A DNA stretch of 64,000 nucleotides, taken from Candidatus Binatia bacterium (GTDB taxonomy: Bacteria; Desulfobacterota; Binatia; Bin18). The stretch is taken from positions 2,304,001 through 2,368,000 of the forward strand of contig OY761159.2 in the NCBI GenBank assembly GCA_963664395.2, in the 5' to 3' direction. This document shows, one piece after another, positions 36,171 through 46,541 of this stretch. Each line of letters opens with the position of its first letter. Position 1 is the first letter of the stretch. The position numbers were made by a program, and so were the translations under genes. The notes under the pieces were generated by a model, which had not been told where the DNA came from, ran no database searches, and saw only the letters and a list, made by a program, of their open reading frames with translations.

Positions 36171-36953
36171 CTACCGTCCCACAAAATTGCCGGGTCGCCG
36201 CTCAGCCACGGCTTTAATACCCTCTTTATGGTCTTCCGTTTGCTGGAGTCGGTGCTGCTCTCGAAACTCGTGATCCGTCGCCGCCTTGACCGCGGCCGCC
36301 ATGCCGTCCCGCATGGTTGCCCGCACGGACTGTACGGCTAGCGGCGCGTTCTCGGCGATTTCCTGAGCGAGCGCGAGCGCCGCCGAGCGAACATTCTCCT
36401 TTGTAGTCAGGACCTCGCCCAAGCCCCAGCTATAGGCCTCCTCGCCCCCGACCCTCCTGCCGGTTTGAAAGATCAGGCTCGCGCGCGGCGCGCCGATCAG
36501 ACGGGGGAGGGTATAGGTCAGGCCGAAGCCCGGATGAAAGCCGAGTTTGACAAAATTTGCGGCAAAGCGGGTTTCCGGACAGAGCACGCGGAAATCCGGC
36601 ACCAATGCGAGTCCGAAGCCACCCCCAATAGCAGCTCCCTGGATCGCGCCAACAACCGGCTTTTTGCAGGAAAACAGACGCACGGCTTGGGCGTAGAGCG
36701 GATTGCCGGTTTCGACATCGCGCAGATCACGCTCAGCCTGACCACTGTGAAAATTTGCCCCGGCACAAAAATGCTTGCCGTCTGCCGCGAGCAGGATAGC
36801 CCGACAATCCATTTCTTTATCCAGAGCTTCAAACGCCTCAGCCAGGGACTGAACGAGTGCCGTATCAAAGAAATTGTTCGGCGGTCGTTGAATCTCAGCG
36901 GTTGCCACATGATCGGCCAACGTTACTTCAACATCTCCGTAGCGCGTCTCCAT
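36171..36953 (-). CDS. Enoyl-CoA hydratase/isomerase family protein
   Basis: FCAGANF, GAAIGGGFGLAL..DFR, LGFHPGFG..LPRLIG, EDHKEGI. Confidence 0.93.
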   Translation of the reverse strand: METRYGDVEVTLADHVATAEIQRPPNNFFDTALVQSLAEAFEALDKEMDCRAILLAADGKHFCAGANFHSGQAERDLRDVETGNPLYAQAVRLFSCKKPVVGAIQGAAIGGGFGLALVPDFRVLCPETRFAANFVKLGFHPGFGLTYTLPRLIGAPRASLIFQTGRRVGGEEAYSWGLGEVLTTKENVRSAALALAQEIAENAPLAVQSVRATMRDGMAAAVKAATDHEFREQHRLQQTEDHKEGIKAVAERRPGNFVGR

Positions 36954-37146
36954 CAGTGCTCTCCTTTTGCTTTCTCAGTCTGCCCCTCACGGCAGAGCTG
37001 TCTTTGCCCATCGGATATAGCACTATCCGGTCGCTCCCGGTAGCGTTCCCAAACCTAGCTCGGCCTTCTCCTCTCCTCTATACTCCATATCAACAGGGCT
37101 GACCAAGCCGAATCCTCTCTTGCTGAGCTTTATGGAAAGGACACTC

Positions 37147-38058
37147 ATGCCAAGCCAACACATTCTCGGGCCTACGTCACATTATTTCTACTCGCAGCGC
37201 CTCAAGTTGCACTACGTGGATTGGGGTAATCCGGACAAACCTTTGCTCGTCTTGATTCATGGTGGGCGGGACCATTGCCGGAATTGGGACTGGGTCGCTC
37301 AGGCGCTGCGCGAAGACTATCACATCGTTGCCCCGGATTTGCGCGGACATGGCGACTCGGAGTGGGCCCGCGGTAGTGAGTATTCGATGATTGATCATGT
37401 GGTCGATATTGCTCAGCTCCTGGCTCAGCTTGGCTCATTTCCGGTCACTTTGATTGGACATTCTCTCGGCGGTGGCATTGTGCTCCAGTATACCGGCGTA
37501 TACCCCGCCAAGATTGCGAAAGCCATCTCGATTGAGGGCTGGGGCCCTCCACCACATATGCTCAAGGAACAGCCGAAAAGTGCGTTTGAGCGGATGCAGT
37601 ACTGGGTGGATGAAATGCGTGGGTTCGCCGGCCGTCTGCCCAAGCACTATAAGACGCTGGAAGAGGCGGTTGAACGGATGCGTGATGCCAATCCGCATCT
37701 CAGTCCAGAGCAGGCCCATCACCTGACGCTCTATGGCACCAATCTCAACGAGGACGGGACTTATACCTGGAAATTTGACAACTATGTACGCGCCCGGTCG
37801 CCGTACCGATTCAATATGGCGGATGCACAGGATATCTGGGGACGCATTACGTGTCCGCTCCTCTTAATTCGAGGCGGTGAATCGTGGGCAGTTGATCTGG
37901 AGAAAGATGAGGAACGCGCGCAAGCATTTCGCAACCCCTCTCTGGTGACGATCCCCAAGGCCGGTCACTGGGTGCATCACGACCAACTGGAGCATTTCTT
38001 GCGGGTGACCACGGAGTTTTTGCTCCAAAGAGGAAACGTGCCCAGCTTCTCTGTATGA
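37147..38058 (+). CDS. Alpha/beta hydrolase
   Basis: HGGRDH, DLRGHGDS, GHSLGG nucleophile elbow, AGHWVHHD. Confidence 0.93.
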   Translation: MPSQHILGPTSHYFYSQRLKLHYVDWGNPDKPLLVLIHGGRDHCRNWDWVAQALREDYHIVAPDLRGHGDSEWARGSEYSMIDHVVDIAQLLAQLGSFPVTLIGHSLGGGIVLQYTGVYPAKIAKAISIEGWGPPPHMLKEQPKSAFERMQYWVDEMRGFAGRLPKHYKTLEEAVERMRDANPHLSPEQAHHLTLYGTNLNEDGTYTWKFDNYVRARSPYRFNMADAQDIWGRITCPLLLIRGGESWAVDLEKDEERAQAFRNPSLVTIPKAGHWVHHDQLEHFLRVTTEFLLQRGNVPSFSV

Positions 38059-38134
38059 CCGGAGGGTAGGTCTCCTCTTTCATCCACATCAGCGGGGTAG
38101 CCGTGCGGCATATTTGTTTCGAGCAGCTGTCCGC

Positions 38135-39223
38135 TCATTCATGTTCACACACGGACGGTGCTGTATAATCCAGCTTCAGCAGCCGAAAATAGTTTTGCCC
38201 CAAGGCAATATTCCGAAAAGCGGTGTCGTTCAAAGAGCGATTGATGCGACTCGTGACGTCTAACTCCTGCTGATACACCTCGAAATCCTTGTCGCCTGAC
38301 GCCACGAAATCGGTGCCGGGCAGAACGCGCTCGGAGTAGGCATTCAGGAACGCAACGTACAGCGCCCGTTTTTCGAGGTCCGAAAAATAATGGTCGTCAA
38401 TGACGCGCCAGGACATATCCAACATCAGCTTGGGATGGCGGTCCAACAGCGACTTCATAATCTGAATGTGCCGCGCCGCGTCCAGGTTGACAAGCTCTCG
38501 GGAGAGCCCGAGATGCATCCAGACGATGGTATTGTCGGGATATAAACTCAGCACCTTTTGTATCCAGGCCAGATATTTGGTGGGTTCGGCGTCGTTGCCC
38601 AGGTCGGAGTGAATCGCAAGCGGGATGTTCCGTTCGCGGAGCACCTGCATGAAGGGGCTCCATCCGTCTATCGCGGCCAGGGGCACGGCCTGACGTCCGT
38701 TTCCGAACAGTGCCTGTTTCACCAGATTGACCTCACCCATCCAGGTGAACAGACCGGGATATTCTTCGTCCAGGAGTTGCATGCCTTGAAGGATGGAGTC
38801 GGGTCGGGACAAGTCGGGGAAGGTCATGGCGAGCGTCAGGTGGACGTGTTCCGACGCCTCCGCAATAAAGCTGGCCGCATTCGCGAAATCGTTTTTCAGC
38901 GTGGGTTTCACAAGCGTGCCGAGACAGTCCAGGTAGTAGGTGCAGGCAGACGTGACCGGCAGCATCTGGCCGATGCCGTAGATATTGGCAAACAGGACGC
39001 CCGCCCGTTCGAGGTAGGAGACCACCTCCGGGAATGGAATGGCGGGACCGCCGAACGGACGGAAGTGCACATGGCTGTCCACGACCGAGGTCTGGGGGCG
39101 GACGGCCCGGTCGTAACATTGGCCGGTATTGCTCTGCAACATGGGCAGGGTGAGCGACGAGGCGCTCCCGGCCAGTCCTGCTATGCAGAACGCGACGAGC
39201 AGTGCACTTGCTATCTTGCACAT
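38135..39223 (-). CDS. Secreted amidohydrolase-family (TIM-barrel) protein
   Basis: Signal-peptide-like N-terminus; DSHVHF metal motif, GE, IHSD, WMHLG, PGTDF. Confidence 0.72.
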   Translation of the reverse strand: MCKIASALLVAFCIAGLAGSASSLTLPMLQSNTGQCYDRAVRPQTSVVDSHVHFRPFGGPAIPFPEVVSYLERAGVLFANIYGIGQMLPVTSACTYYLDCLGTLVKPTLKNDFANAASFIAEASEHVHLTLAMTFPDLSRPDSILQGMQLLDEEYPGLFTWMGEVNLVKQALFGNGRQAVPLAAIDGWSPFMQVLRERNIPLAIHSDLGNDAEPTKYLAWIQKVLSLYPDNTIVWMHLGLSRELVNLDAARHIQIMKSLLDRHPKLMLDMSWRVIDDHYFSDLEKRALYVAFLNAYSERVLPGTDFVASGDKDFEVYQQELDVTSRINRSLNDTAFRNIALGQNYFRLLKLDYTAPSVCEHE

Positions 39224-39327
39224 GGTGTCCCCTGTTTACGTGCGAGGGGCGTCCGATTGGCGGGCCAACCGTCTTCAACGAGCGATGCCGACTCAGACTA
39301 CGGAGCGGATTCAGGACGCCAGGGTGA

Positions 39328-39381
39328 AAAGAGTAAACGTGCCCTCCAAATCAGACAAGACTGTTGGCACGTTTACTCTTT
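39328..39381. repeat. 54-bp palindromic dispersed element, copy 1 (16-bp inverted arms AAAGAGTAAACGTGCC)
   Basis: Perfect arms 39328-39343 and 39366-39381; contains the stop codon of the esterase gene. Confidence 0.9.
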
Positions 39382-40032
39382 CGGCGACACAACCTTTTCC
39401 TGGAGCCAGTTCGACAGGTCGGTCAGACTTTGGGCATTGATTTCGTGACCCATATCATACTCCCGGTAGGTCACGGGCGCTTTGACATCACGCAGGATTT
39501 CGACGGACTGACGTGCCCGGCCCACGTCAATCAGTTCGTCCTTACTGCCGTGTTGGACCAGCACGGGCAGTTGCTCGGTTGCCGGCACATCCGGTAATGC
39601 GGTCAGCATATCTTTCGGCAGCCACGAACTGAGAGCCGCTAATCCGGCAAAGCGCTCGGGCTCGCCCAGGGCCAGGCTATAACCCATCACCCCGCCTTGG
39701 CTGAAACCCAGCACACTCAATTTCCTGGGGTCAACAGGGTAGCGCGTAAGTGCTTCGTCGAGAAAGGTCCGCATGGCTTCACGCGCAGAGAGGACCGCCT
39801 GGACATCCAGCGGTCCACCGCTCGTCAGCGGAAACCAGCCGTGGCCGACCATGTTCGGGCCTATGGGGACCTGAAGCGGGCCCTGCGGACAGAGGACGAG
39901 AAACCGGCCTCGACACAGATGAGGAGCTAAGCCCAGGAGGTCGAGCGCATTTGCGCCCCAGCCATGCAGGGCCAGAATAGTCGGATGCGGGCCTGCGCCC
40001 TCGGGCTCAAAAACGGTGTGGATAAGATTCAT
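39373..40032 (-). CDS. Phospholipase/carboxylesterase (YpfH-like)
   Basis: LHGWG, GFSQGG, HGSKD, MGHEI. Confidence 0.92.
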   Translation of the reverse strand: MNLIHTVFEPEGAGPHPTILALHGWGANALDLLGLAPHLCRGRFLVLCPQGPLQVPIGPNMVGHGWFPLTSGGPLDVQAVLSAREAMRTFLDEALTRYPVDPRKLSVLGFSQGGVMGYSLALGEPERFAGLAALSSWLPKDMLTALPDVPATEQLPVLVQHGSKDELIDVGRARQSVEILRDVKAPVTYREYDMGHEINAQSLTDLSNWLQEKVVSPKE

Positions 40033-40136
40033 GCGCAGTGGCTCCTCCCAAATGGCAATGGGCCACTGCTATCGGAAAAGCAGTGGAGAGGCAAGAAAAG
40101 CAAGAAGAGAAAGAGCGCTACAGGGCGGGACGTTTC

Positions 40137-41156
40137 TTATTTTTTCGAGACCTGTTTCAGCAGCAGTTCGATGATCTGGTCGGCGCTAATGCCCTCGGCC
40201 TCCGCCTGAAAGTTCAGCAGGCAGCGATGCCGCAGGGCAGACAGCGCAACATCGGTGATGTCCTCAAAGCTGACATGCACCCGCCCGTCAAGCAGGGCGT
40301 TGACCTTTGCCCCTAAGGTGAGGGCCTGAGCCCCACGTGGGCTCGGGCCATAACGGAGATATTGAGTGACCTCAGGCACAGGCGAATTCGGCTTGTTTGG
40401 CGTGGCTGTTTCAATAAGTCGGGCAATATAGAAACTCAGTGGAGGAGCCAGCAGGACTTCGCGCACAAGTTTTTGCATCTCGGCTATGACTGCCGGAGCA
40501 GAATCTTCCGACAGCACCGGATTGATGTTGTACTGGGTCTCTTTTGTGGTGCGCTCAAGAATTTCGACCAACTCATCCGCGCTTGGCGAGTCGATAATCA
40601 GCTTAAGCAGAAAACGGTCCAGTTGCGCTTCGGGGAGCGGGTAGGTCCCCTCAATCTCAACCGGGTTCTGGGTTGCCAGAACAAGAAAAGGTGGAGTGAG
40701 CGTATGCGTCTCACCAAAGACGGTGACTTGCCGCTCCTCCATCGCTTCAAGGACCGCAGACTGGGTCTTGGGCGTGGCACGGTTAATTTCATCTGCCAGG
40801 ACGACATTGGCAAAGATCGGACCGGGTTTGAATTCAAAATAGCGCTTGCCGTCAGCGCCTTCAGACAGGACTTGGGTCCCAACGATATCAGACGGCATGA
40901 GGTCCGGCGTGAACTGAATACGCTTGGCGTTCAGCGCGAGTGTTTGGCTGAGTGACTTGGCCATCAATGTCTTGCCCAGGCCCGGCACACTTTCAATGAG
41001 GACATGCCCGCCGGCAAAAAAGGCGGTTAATATCTTCCGCAAGATATTCCGCTGGCCGACGATCAACTGGCTGATCTCTTCTTCGATGGTCGCAAAGATG
41101 TGCCGAAAGTGTTCAACACGCTGTTCTGAGGATAACGGCGATAACGAAGCTGACAT
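40137..41156 (-). CDS. MoxR-family AAA+ ATPase
   Basis: VPGLGKT, RIQFTPDLMPSD, DEINRATPKTQSA, ATQNPVE, PEAQLDRF, GPSPRG. Confidence 0.95.
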   Translation of the reverse strand: MSASLSPLSSEQRVEHFRHIFATIEEEISQLIVGQRNILRKILTAFFAGGHVLIESVPGLGKTLMAKSLSQTLALNAKRIQFTPDLMPSDIVGTQVLSEGADGKRYFEFKPGPIFANVVLADEINRATPKTQSAVLEAMEERQVTVFGETHTLTPPFLVLATQNPVEIEGTYPLPEAQLDRFLLKLIIDSPSADELVEILERTTKETQYNINPVLSEDSAPAVIAEMQKLVREVLLAPPLSFYIARLIETATPNKPNSPVPEVTQYLRYGPSPRGAQALTLGAKVNALLDGRVHVSFEDITDVALSALRHRCLLNFQAEAEGISADQIIELLLKQVSKK

Positions 41157-41163
41157 GCTGCTC

Positions 41164-42651
41164 CTATTGCAAAATCGATCGATATTCGAGTGGAATGCGC
41201 TGCTGAGGGGCATTTTTCTCTTGCGGCCGGTCAGCGAGCGGGACGTTACTATACGGCGTGGTTGGGACAGCTGGGTTGGTATTTTCAGTCAGTTCCTGGC
41301 TGTCCTGTTCCGCCTTGATACCAGTTGGAATACGAACTTTGACATAGCCGGCATCCTGAGTACGGAATCCACCGGGCTGTTCGCCTGGTTTATAAAAACG
41401 CTCGCCTTTTCCCTGTCCGCCAGATTTTCCTGGCTGCTGGTCTGACTGATTTGGTTGTGTGGCCTGTTGAGGTGGTTTTTCCTGGCTGCTTTGTGGCGTG
41501 GCGTGACGGCGCTGCTCGTCGTGTCCTGCTGGGTCTACCCCGGAAGGCGGCTGCTGTGCATCCGGTTTTTGGCCTGGTTGAGGAGGTTTTTGCTGCTGAC
41601 CGGCTGTAGGCTGCCGGGCCTGTTTCTTGCCCGTGTTGTCTTGAGATTGGGGCTGGTCAAATTTTATGCCGCCGCCGGATTCCTGGGGCGTATTTTTCTG
41701 TTTTTGCGACTGTTGGTTGCCGGATTGATTCGTTTGGTTTTGCTGGTTTTGGTTTTGTGCGCCCTGCTGAGGCTCACGCCCCTGAGCAGAGAGCGATTGC
41801 TTGAGTTGCTCCAGCTTTTCATTTGTTTTGGCCAGCGGGGTATCCTCCGGCTGTGGGCGGTCGCCCTGGTTGCCCGGACTATCGTCCTGCTTGCTGTCGC
41901 TCCCAAAGAGTTTGAGATCAATGGGGAGAATCTGCGGAATTGGGACCGGCAGATTCATGCGCTTTTGCGCCTCATCAATGAGTCGTATCTTCTCTTGTGG
42001 GGTCAGAGCCGGATTCTTCAGATTCTGAGAGAGCACGAGGAGTTGGGCTCCGGCTTGCTGTTCTGTCTGTTGCTCTTCGGAGGGAGACTGCGGGCGGATC
42101 AACTCTCGGGCAATTTCTCCAATATCCTGAATCAGGGCCTCAGGTGTAGGAGCGGAGGGTGAGGGATCACTTGGCGCTAGGGCAGCACTTCCGGTTGGTA
42201 AAAACAAGAACAGCAGGCCACTCAGGACTGCGCCGACACACGCCAGCGGAACCCGCCTATCGAGTTGGAAAGGCAGATCGCGCTCAGGAACGAAGAAGGC
42301 GGCCTTCCGGGCGGCTTCGCGCCGAATTTGTGCCAGGAAGTCTGAGGAGGATGGAAGCGTCACAAGCGTTAAAAAACGTTCTTGGCCATCCGTCTTCTCG
42401 TCTAGCAGGCCGGCAATGCGCCCGTCTTGGCAGCTCTTTTTTTCCTGTCTGAGGGAGTTCAGCAGCACACCGAAGACGATGACGGGTGGAAGAAAAGAAA
42501 CCCAGATGGGCAGCGAACATGCCAGTACCAGACCATACCCCAGGAAAAAAACAGTAATCCCCAGGGGCAGAAAAAATCCGAGGGTATTGGCGCTCCGCTG
42601 CCACAATACCCGGCGGGCCGTAGTGGCGAACAGATGGGACAAGCTATCCAT
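41164..42651 (-). CDS. Membrane protein with a long Gln/Pro-rich tail (MoxR-associated)
   Basis: About 3 TM segments, low-complexity Q-rich region, terminal RIPLEYR; overlaps the mltG stop. Confidence 0.7.
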   Translation of the reverse strand: MDSLSHLFATTARRVLWQRSANTLGFFLPLGITVFFLGYGLVLACSLPIWVSFLPPVIVFGVLLNSLRQEKKSCQDGRIAGLLDEKTDGQERFLTLVTLPSSSDFLAQIRREAARKAAFFVPERDLPFQLDRRVPLACVGAVLSGLLFLFLPTGSAALAPSDPSPSAPTPEALIQDIGEIARELIRPQSPSEEQQTEQQAGAQLLVLSQNLKNPALTPQEKIRLIDEAQKRMNLPVPIPQILPIDLKLFGSDSKQDDSPGNQGDRPQPEDTPLAKTNEKLEQLKQSLSAQGREPQQGAQNQNQQNQTNQSGNQQSQKQKNTPQESGGGIKFDQPQSQDNTGKKQARQPTAGQQQKPPQPGQKPDAQQPPSGVDPAGHDEQRRHATPQSSQEKPPQQATQPNQSDQQPGKSGGQGKGERFYKPGEQPGGFRTQDAGYVKVRIPTGIKAEQDSQELTENTNPAVPTTPYSNVPLADRPQEKNAPQQRIPLEYRSILQ

Positions 42652-43651
42652 TGCGCGAGCGACGTTTCTGGAACCGGCGAACCGCGCGATTATGATCCGC
42701 AAGCCGGGAAGAGAACACGTGCGTGCCATCTCCCTTGGCAACAAAATAGAGGTAGTTCGTTTCGGCTGGGGAGAGGACGGCTTGAATAGCCGCGAGTCCT
42801 GGGTTGGCAATTGGGCCAGGCGGCAGGCCGGTAAGAAGATAGGTGTTATACGGCGTGGGCGTACGCAGATGACGGCGGGTCAGGTTCCCGTCAAAGTTCG
42901 GAATGCCGTAGATGACGGTCGGATCACACTGGAGCGGCATATTTTGACGGAGTCGATTGTGAAAGACTCCGGCAATCAGCGGGCGTTCCTCTGCCGCCCC
43001 GGTTTCTTTCTCAACCAGCGAGGCCAAGGTCAGGACCTCATGCTGGGAGAACCCCAACTTCTGGGCCTGCTGTTGCAGGGCTGGACTGAAGACTTCCGAC
43101 AGACGGGTCACCATACGTCCTAGAATATCCGCCGCAGGGCTTTGCTTTGAAAAAAAGTAAGTGTCCGGGTACAGGTAGCCTTCGAGTCCGTATTCCTGGA
43201 GGTCCCATGTGGCTAAGAACTGAGGAGAGGTGCTGAGAGACAGGAATTGCTCTTGGGGGTCAAAGCCTTGGTCTTCCAGTCTTTTAGCAATTTGTTTGAG
43301 TGTCAGTCCTTCCGGGATTGTCACCATGTGGTGGATGACCTGACCTTGGGTCAAGGTCTCAAGCAACATCCGCGGGGTCAGCGGGGTTTCCAGGATATAC
43401 TCCCCACTTTGTATGGAGCGGTCTTTGCCTGTGAATTGCGCCCATAAACGAAATGGTTGAACGCTTGCCAGCACGCCTTCGGCAACAAGCAGCCGCGCTG
43501 TTTTCTGGAGGGTACTGCCTGGAGAGATAGAGATCCGAGCAGGGGCAGCGAGGGACGGCCCTGGCGTAATGAGCAGAGAATAGACGTAATAGGCGCTGAG
43601 TCCGCTGACGCCGGTAAAAAGACAGGCAATAAGAAGCAGGACTTTTTTCAC
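42644..43651 (-). CDS. mltG: Endolytic transglycosylase MltG
   Basis: TIPEG, EGYLYPDTY, LASLVEKET, LQCDPTV, YNTY..GLPPGPIANPG, YFVA. Confidence 0.96.
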   Translation of the reverse strand: MKKVLLLIACLFTGVSGLSAYYVYSLLITPGPSLAAPARISISPGSTLQKTARLLVAEGVLASVQPFRLWAQFTGKDRSIQSGEYILETPLTPRMLLETLTQGQVIHHMVTIPEGLTLKQIAKRLEDQGFDPQEQFLSLSTSPQFLATWDLQEYGLEGYLYPDTYFFSKQSPAADILGRMVTRLSEVFSPALQQQAQKLGFSQHEVLTLASLVEKETGAAEERPLIAGVFHNRLRQNMPLQCDPTVIYGIPNFDGNLTRRHLRTPTPYNTYLLTGLPPGPIANPGLAAIQAVLSPAETNYLYFVAKGDGTHVFSSRLADHNRAVRRFQKRRSRNG

Positions 43652-43714
43652 TACCGCTCAACCTACCACCGGTGCGGGAGCGAAACAATGTCGCGACAAA
43701 TTGTTACTTGACTT

Positions 43715-45295
43715 TTGTGTGTTCGGCTGGCAACGTCTGTGACCATGTACAGCCGGTGGACAGAGTACTGCAAGGAAGTATTCAGTATTTTTCTCGGGCG
43801 TCAGAACGGCCACGTTCAGGCGCTGATTATTGCCCCTATCCTGGCTGTCAGTTTTCTTGGGTTTGTTGTTCGGGCGGCGAGTTCAGCCGTTGATCCCACT
43901 CTTGCCAAAAATGGGGTGATCGTTCAACTCCAACAGCGTTTGAACGAGATTCAGCAAAGAAGTGACATTCCGAATAGTGAAGAAACGGTTCCGACCGAAG
44001 AACAGCCCATAGCGCAGTCACTAGGGCAGTCACTAGGGCAGCCGACTCCAGAAGAAAAAGAAGACGCAGCACCATCCGCCACAGTCGCACTCTTGCCGCC
44101 GTCCGGGCCGGAAGCGCCGGTACTTGGGCCGCGCCAAAGCGTGCATCTCATCAAGCCGGATGAGACATTCACGACTATTCTGAAAAAAGAAAGGCTTCCC
44201 TGGAGACAGTTCGCCGCATGGATTAATGCGGCGCAGAAAATATACGAATTACGGCGTTTGCAGATCAATCATGCCCTGACGCTCTCCTACGAGCACGATC
44301 AACTCGGGACACCAACGCTGCGAACTGTTGCCTACAGCATTGATAAGCGTTCCTCGCTCGTGCTTGAGAAGGATGAGAGTGGGCATATTGAGTCACGGGT
44401 TGAGACCGTCCCAACGACACTTGTCTGGCGTGCCGTTGGCGGCCGCATTACCCATAGTCTGGGTTGGGCAGCCAGCAAGATAGGTGTCCCGGCCAGTATC
44501 ATTGATGCTGTGGCAGATATGGGCTGGGATCTGAACCTTTCACACGACCTTCAGCCGGGTGACCCTTTCAAAATCATTTTTGAGGAAATTCAGCATGACG
44601 GGCAAGCAGTGAGGCATGGTAAAGTGCTTGCTGCGGAAATCATGAACAAAGGGAAAAAACACCTGGTCTTTCCTCTTGACGCGGAAGAAGGGATGGGGTT
44701 TGGGCAGCAGTTTCTGCGCTACCCCGTCCAATTCACCCGTATCTCATCGGTTTTTAACGATGCCCGGTTGCATCCCATTTACAAACGCAGACGCCCGCAC
44801 CTTGGCGTAGATTTCGCTGCGCCACCAGGAACACCGGTCCGCGCGGTGGCGGCTGGCAGGGTCACCTATGCCGGTTGGAGAGGCGACTATGGCCATTTTC
44901 TCAAGATCAACCATGCCGGACCCTATAGTTCGGCATATGCCCATCTGCGACGGATCAAAAAAAGGGTGAGAGCCGGAACGGTTGTAAAAAGAGGTCAGAT
45001 TATCGGCTACGTCGGGTCTTCGGGAGCCGCAACCGGGCCACACCTGCACTTTGAAATGCATAAAAATGGCAGGTATATCAACCCATTGAAGGCAAAAGTG
45101 TATACGCGAAAGTCTGATGTTCGGCAAAAAATGGCAGCCGCAATGCCGCTTGACCCGCAGCTCGCCATAATGAAAAAGAAGCTGGAAGAATATCTTGCGG
45201 ACCTGAGCGTGCAGGGCAAATCCGAGAGCCGTGTTTACACGCCAATCCCAAGCATCCAGACGGCTGCCCGAGAAACAGCCGACCCACACGCGTAA
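43715..45295 (+). CDS. M23 family peptidoglycan DD-endopeptidase (MepM-like); start uncertain
   Basis: HLGVDFAAP, YAHL, GQIIGYVGSSGAATGPHLHFE. Confidence 0.92.
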   Translation: MCVRLATSVTMYSRWTEYCKEVFSIFLGRQNGHVQALIIAPILAVSFLGFVVRAASSAVDPTLAKNGVIVQLQQRLNEIQQRSDIPNSEETVPTEEQPIAQSLGQSLGQPTPEEKEDAAPSATVALLPPSGPEAPVLGPRQSVHLIKPDETFTTILKKERLPWRQFAAWINAAQKIYELRRLQINHALTLSYEHDQLGTPTLRTVAYSIDKRSSLVLEKDESGHIESRVETVPTTLVWRAVGGRITHSLGWAASKIGVPASIIDAVADMGWDLNLSHDLQPGDPFKIIFEEIQHDGQAVRHGKVLAAEIMNKGKKHLVFPLDAEEGMGFGQQFLRYPVQFTRISSVFNDARLHPIYKRRRPHLGVDFAAPPGTPVRAVAAGRVTYAGWRGDYGHFLKINHAGPYSSAYAHLRRIKKRVRAGTVVKRGQIIGYVGSSGAATGPHLHFEMHKNGRYINPLKAKVYTRKSDVRQKMAAAMPLDPQLAIMKKKLEEYLADLSVQGKSESRVYTPIPSIQTAARETADPHA

Positions 45296-45395
45296 GCGCC
45301 GATCCTTCGTTCAGCTTTTTGCGGTAGGCGATAGTGACTTTCTCTCCCTTCTCCATGAGGAGCGGGCAATACTGATATGTTTGTCTCAAGAAAGC

Positions 45396-45788
45396 ATGCT
45401 CTCCCATACTGAAAAACTCCGTGTTCGTTGGGTCGATACGGATGCGTCGGGCCGTATTCATTACACCGCGGCGTTCCGATATTTTGAGATAGCCGAGTGG
45501 GAGTTGATGCGGAAATCCGGGTTCCCGCTGTCCGACCACCGCAAAATATCAGGCTTGCCGCGGGTGAATGTCTCCGCAACATTCTACGCTCCCCTCTTTG
45601 TCGATGAACCGATTGAGGTGAAAGTGTGGGTGGAGCGGGTCGGGACGACCTCGATCACTTTCGCGGGAGAAATCTATCGAGCCCAAGAGCGGTGCGTTAG
45701 CGGGACGATTACAGCAGTTTTTGTGAATCAGGATGAACAGCCACAGCCTATTCCCGAGGCGATTCGACAGGCATTAAACGCTGAGTAA
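45396..45788 (+). CDS. Acyl-CoA thioesterase (4HBT/YbgC hot-dog family)
   Basis: VRWVDTDASGRIHY..AFRYFE motif. Confidence 0.88.
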   Translation: MLSHTEKLRVRWVDTDASGRIHYTAAFRYFEIAEWELMRKSGFPLSDHRKISGLPRVNVSATFYAPLFVDEPIEVKVWVERVGTTSITFAGEIYRAQERCVSGTITAVFVNQDEQPQPIPEAIRQALNAE

Positions 45789-45816
45789 AGACGATCAAGG
45801 ATGATCAAAGATGATC
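45787..45816. repeat. 10-bp tandem repeat AARGAYGATC x3
   Basis: AAAGACGATC AAGGATGATC AAAGATGATC. Confidence 0.8.
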
Positions 45817-45859
45817 TTGGGAGTTGACAGAAAAAACACGCTCACATAGGTAACGAAAG

Positions 45860-46180
45860 ATGTCATACGCAGTGATCCGTACGGGTGGAAAACAGTACCG
45901 AGTGACGCAGGGCGAGCTCCTGCGTTTAGAGTCCCTACCGGGAGAGACCGGGAGTGATATTACGTTCTCCGACGTGCTACTCACATCAGCCGAAGGCGCT
46001 ATTCAAGTTGGTACCCCGCTTGTTCCTGGTGCTTCAGTCACGGCTCGTGTTGTTGAGCATGGCAAAGAGAGAAAGATTATTGTTTTTAAAAAGAAACGTC
46101 GCAAAGGATATCGGCGCAAGCGTGGCCATCGGCAGCACTTTACTGCTGTTCAGGTCAAGGCGATCAACCTGGGAGGGTAA
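45860..46180 (+). CDS. rplU: 50S ribosomal protein L21
   Basis: [13 protein letters not shown]...GHRQ. Confidence 0.99.
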   Translation: MSYAVIRTGGKQYRVTQGELLRLESLPGETGSDITFSDVLLTSAEGAIQVGTPLVPGASVTARVVEHGKERKIIVFKKKRRKGYRRKRGHRQHFTAVQVKAINLGG

Positions 46181-46182
46181 AC

Positions 46183-46437
46183 GTGGCACATAAAAAAGGA
46201 CAAGGATCCAGTCGGAATGGCCGAGACAGCCCAGGACAGCACCGAGGCGTCAAGCTTTTTGCCGGACAGGTTGCAAAAGCAGGAAACATTATCGTTCGCC
46301 AACTTGGCACGCGTATCCACCCAGGGACAAATGTCGGCATGGGACGAGATTATACACTGTTTGCGAAGATTAACGGGGTGATTCAGTTCGAACGTATGGG
46401 CAAGACACGCAAGCGGGTCTGCGTGTATCCGCAGTAA
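46183..46437 (+). CDS. rpmA: 50S ribosomal protein L27
   Basis: [16 protein letters not shown]. Confidence 0.99.
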   Translation: MAHKKGQGSSRNGRDSPGQHRGVKLFAGQVAKAGNIIVRQLGTRIHPGTNVGMGRDYTLFAKINGVIQFERMGKTRKRVCVYPQ

Positions 46438-46473
46438 TCTGCTGTACGCACGAGAGATCACCAAGGTCGTAGG

Positions 46474-46499
46474 AAAGCCCCACTTCGGGGCTTTTTTTT
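46474..46499 (+). terminator. Rho-independent terminator after rpmA
   Basis: AAAGCCCC-ACTTC-GGGGCTTT stem-loop followed by a T tract. Confidence 0.88.
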
Positions 46500-46541
46500 A
46501 TGGCGCCTTCTTCAGCCCCTTATTCCTGATATACACGTGCT

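Noticed and set aside
36057-36341. His-rich (HQV)n small protein
   Set aside because: It is the translation of an intergenic tandem repeat, and the ORF runs antisense into the enoyl-CoA hydratase.
45824-45860. Leaderless rplU transcript from TTGACA at 45824
   Set aside because: The -10 candidate (TAGGTA) is weak, so it cannot be supported without TSS data.
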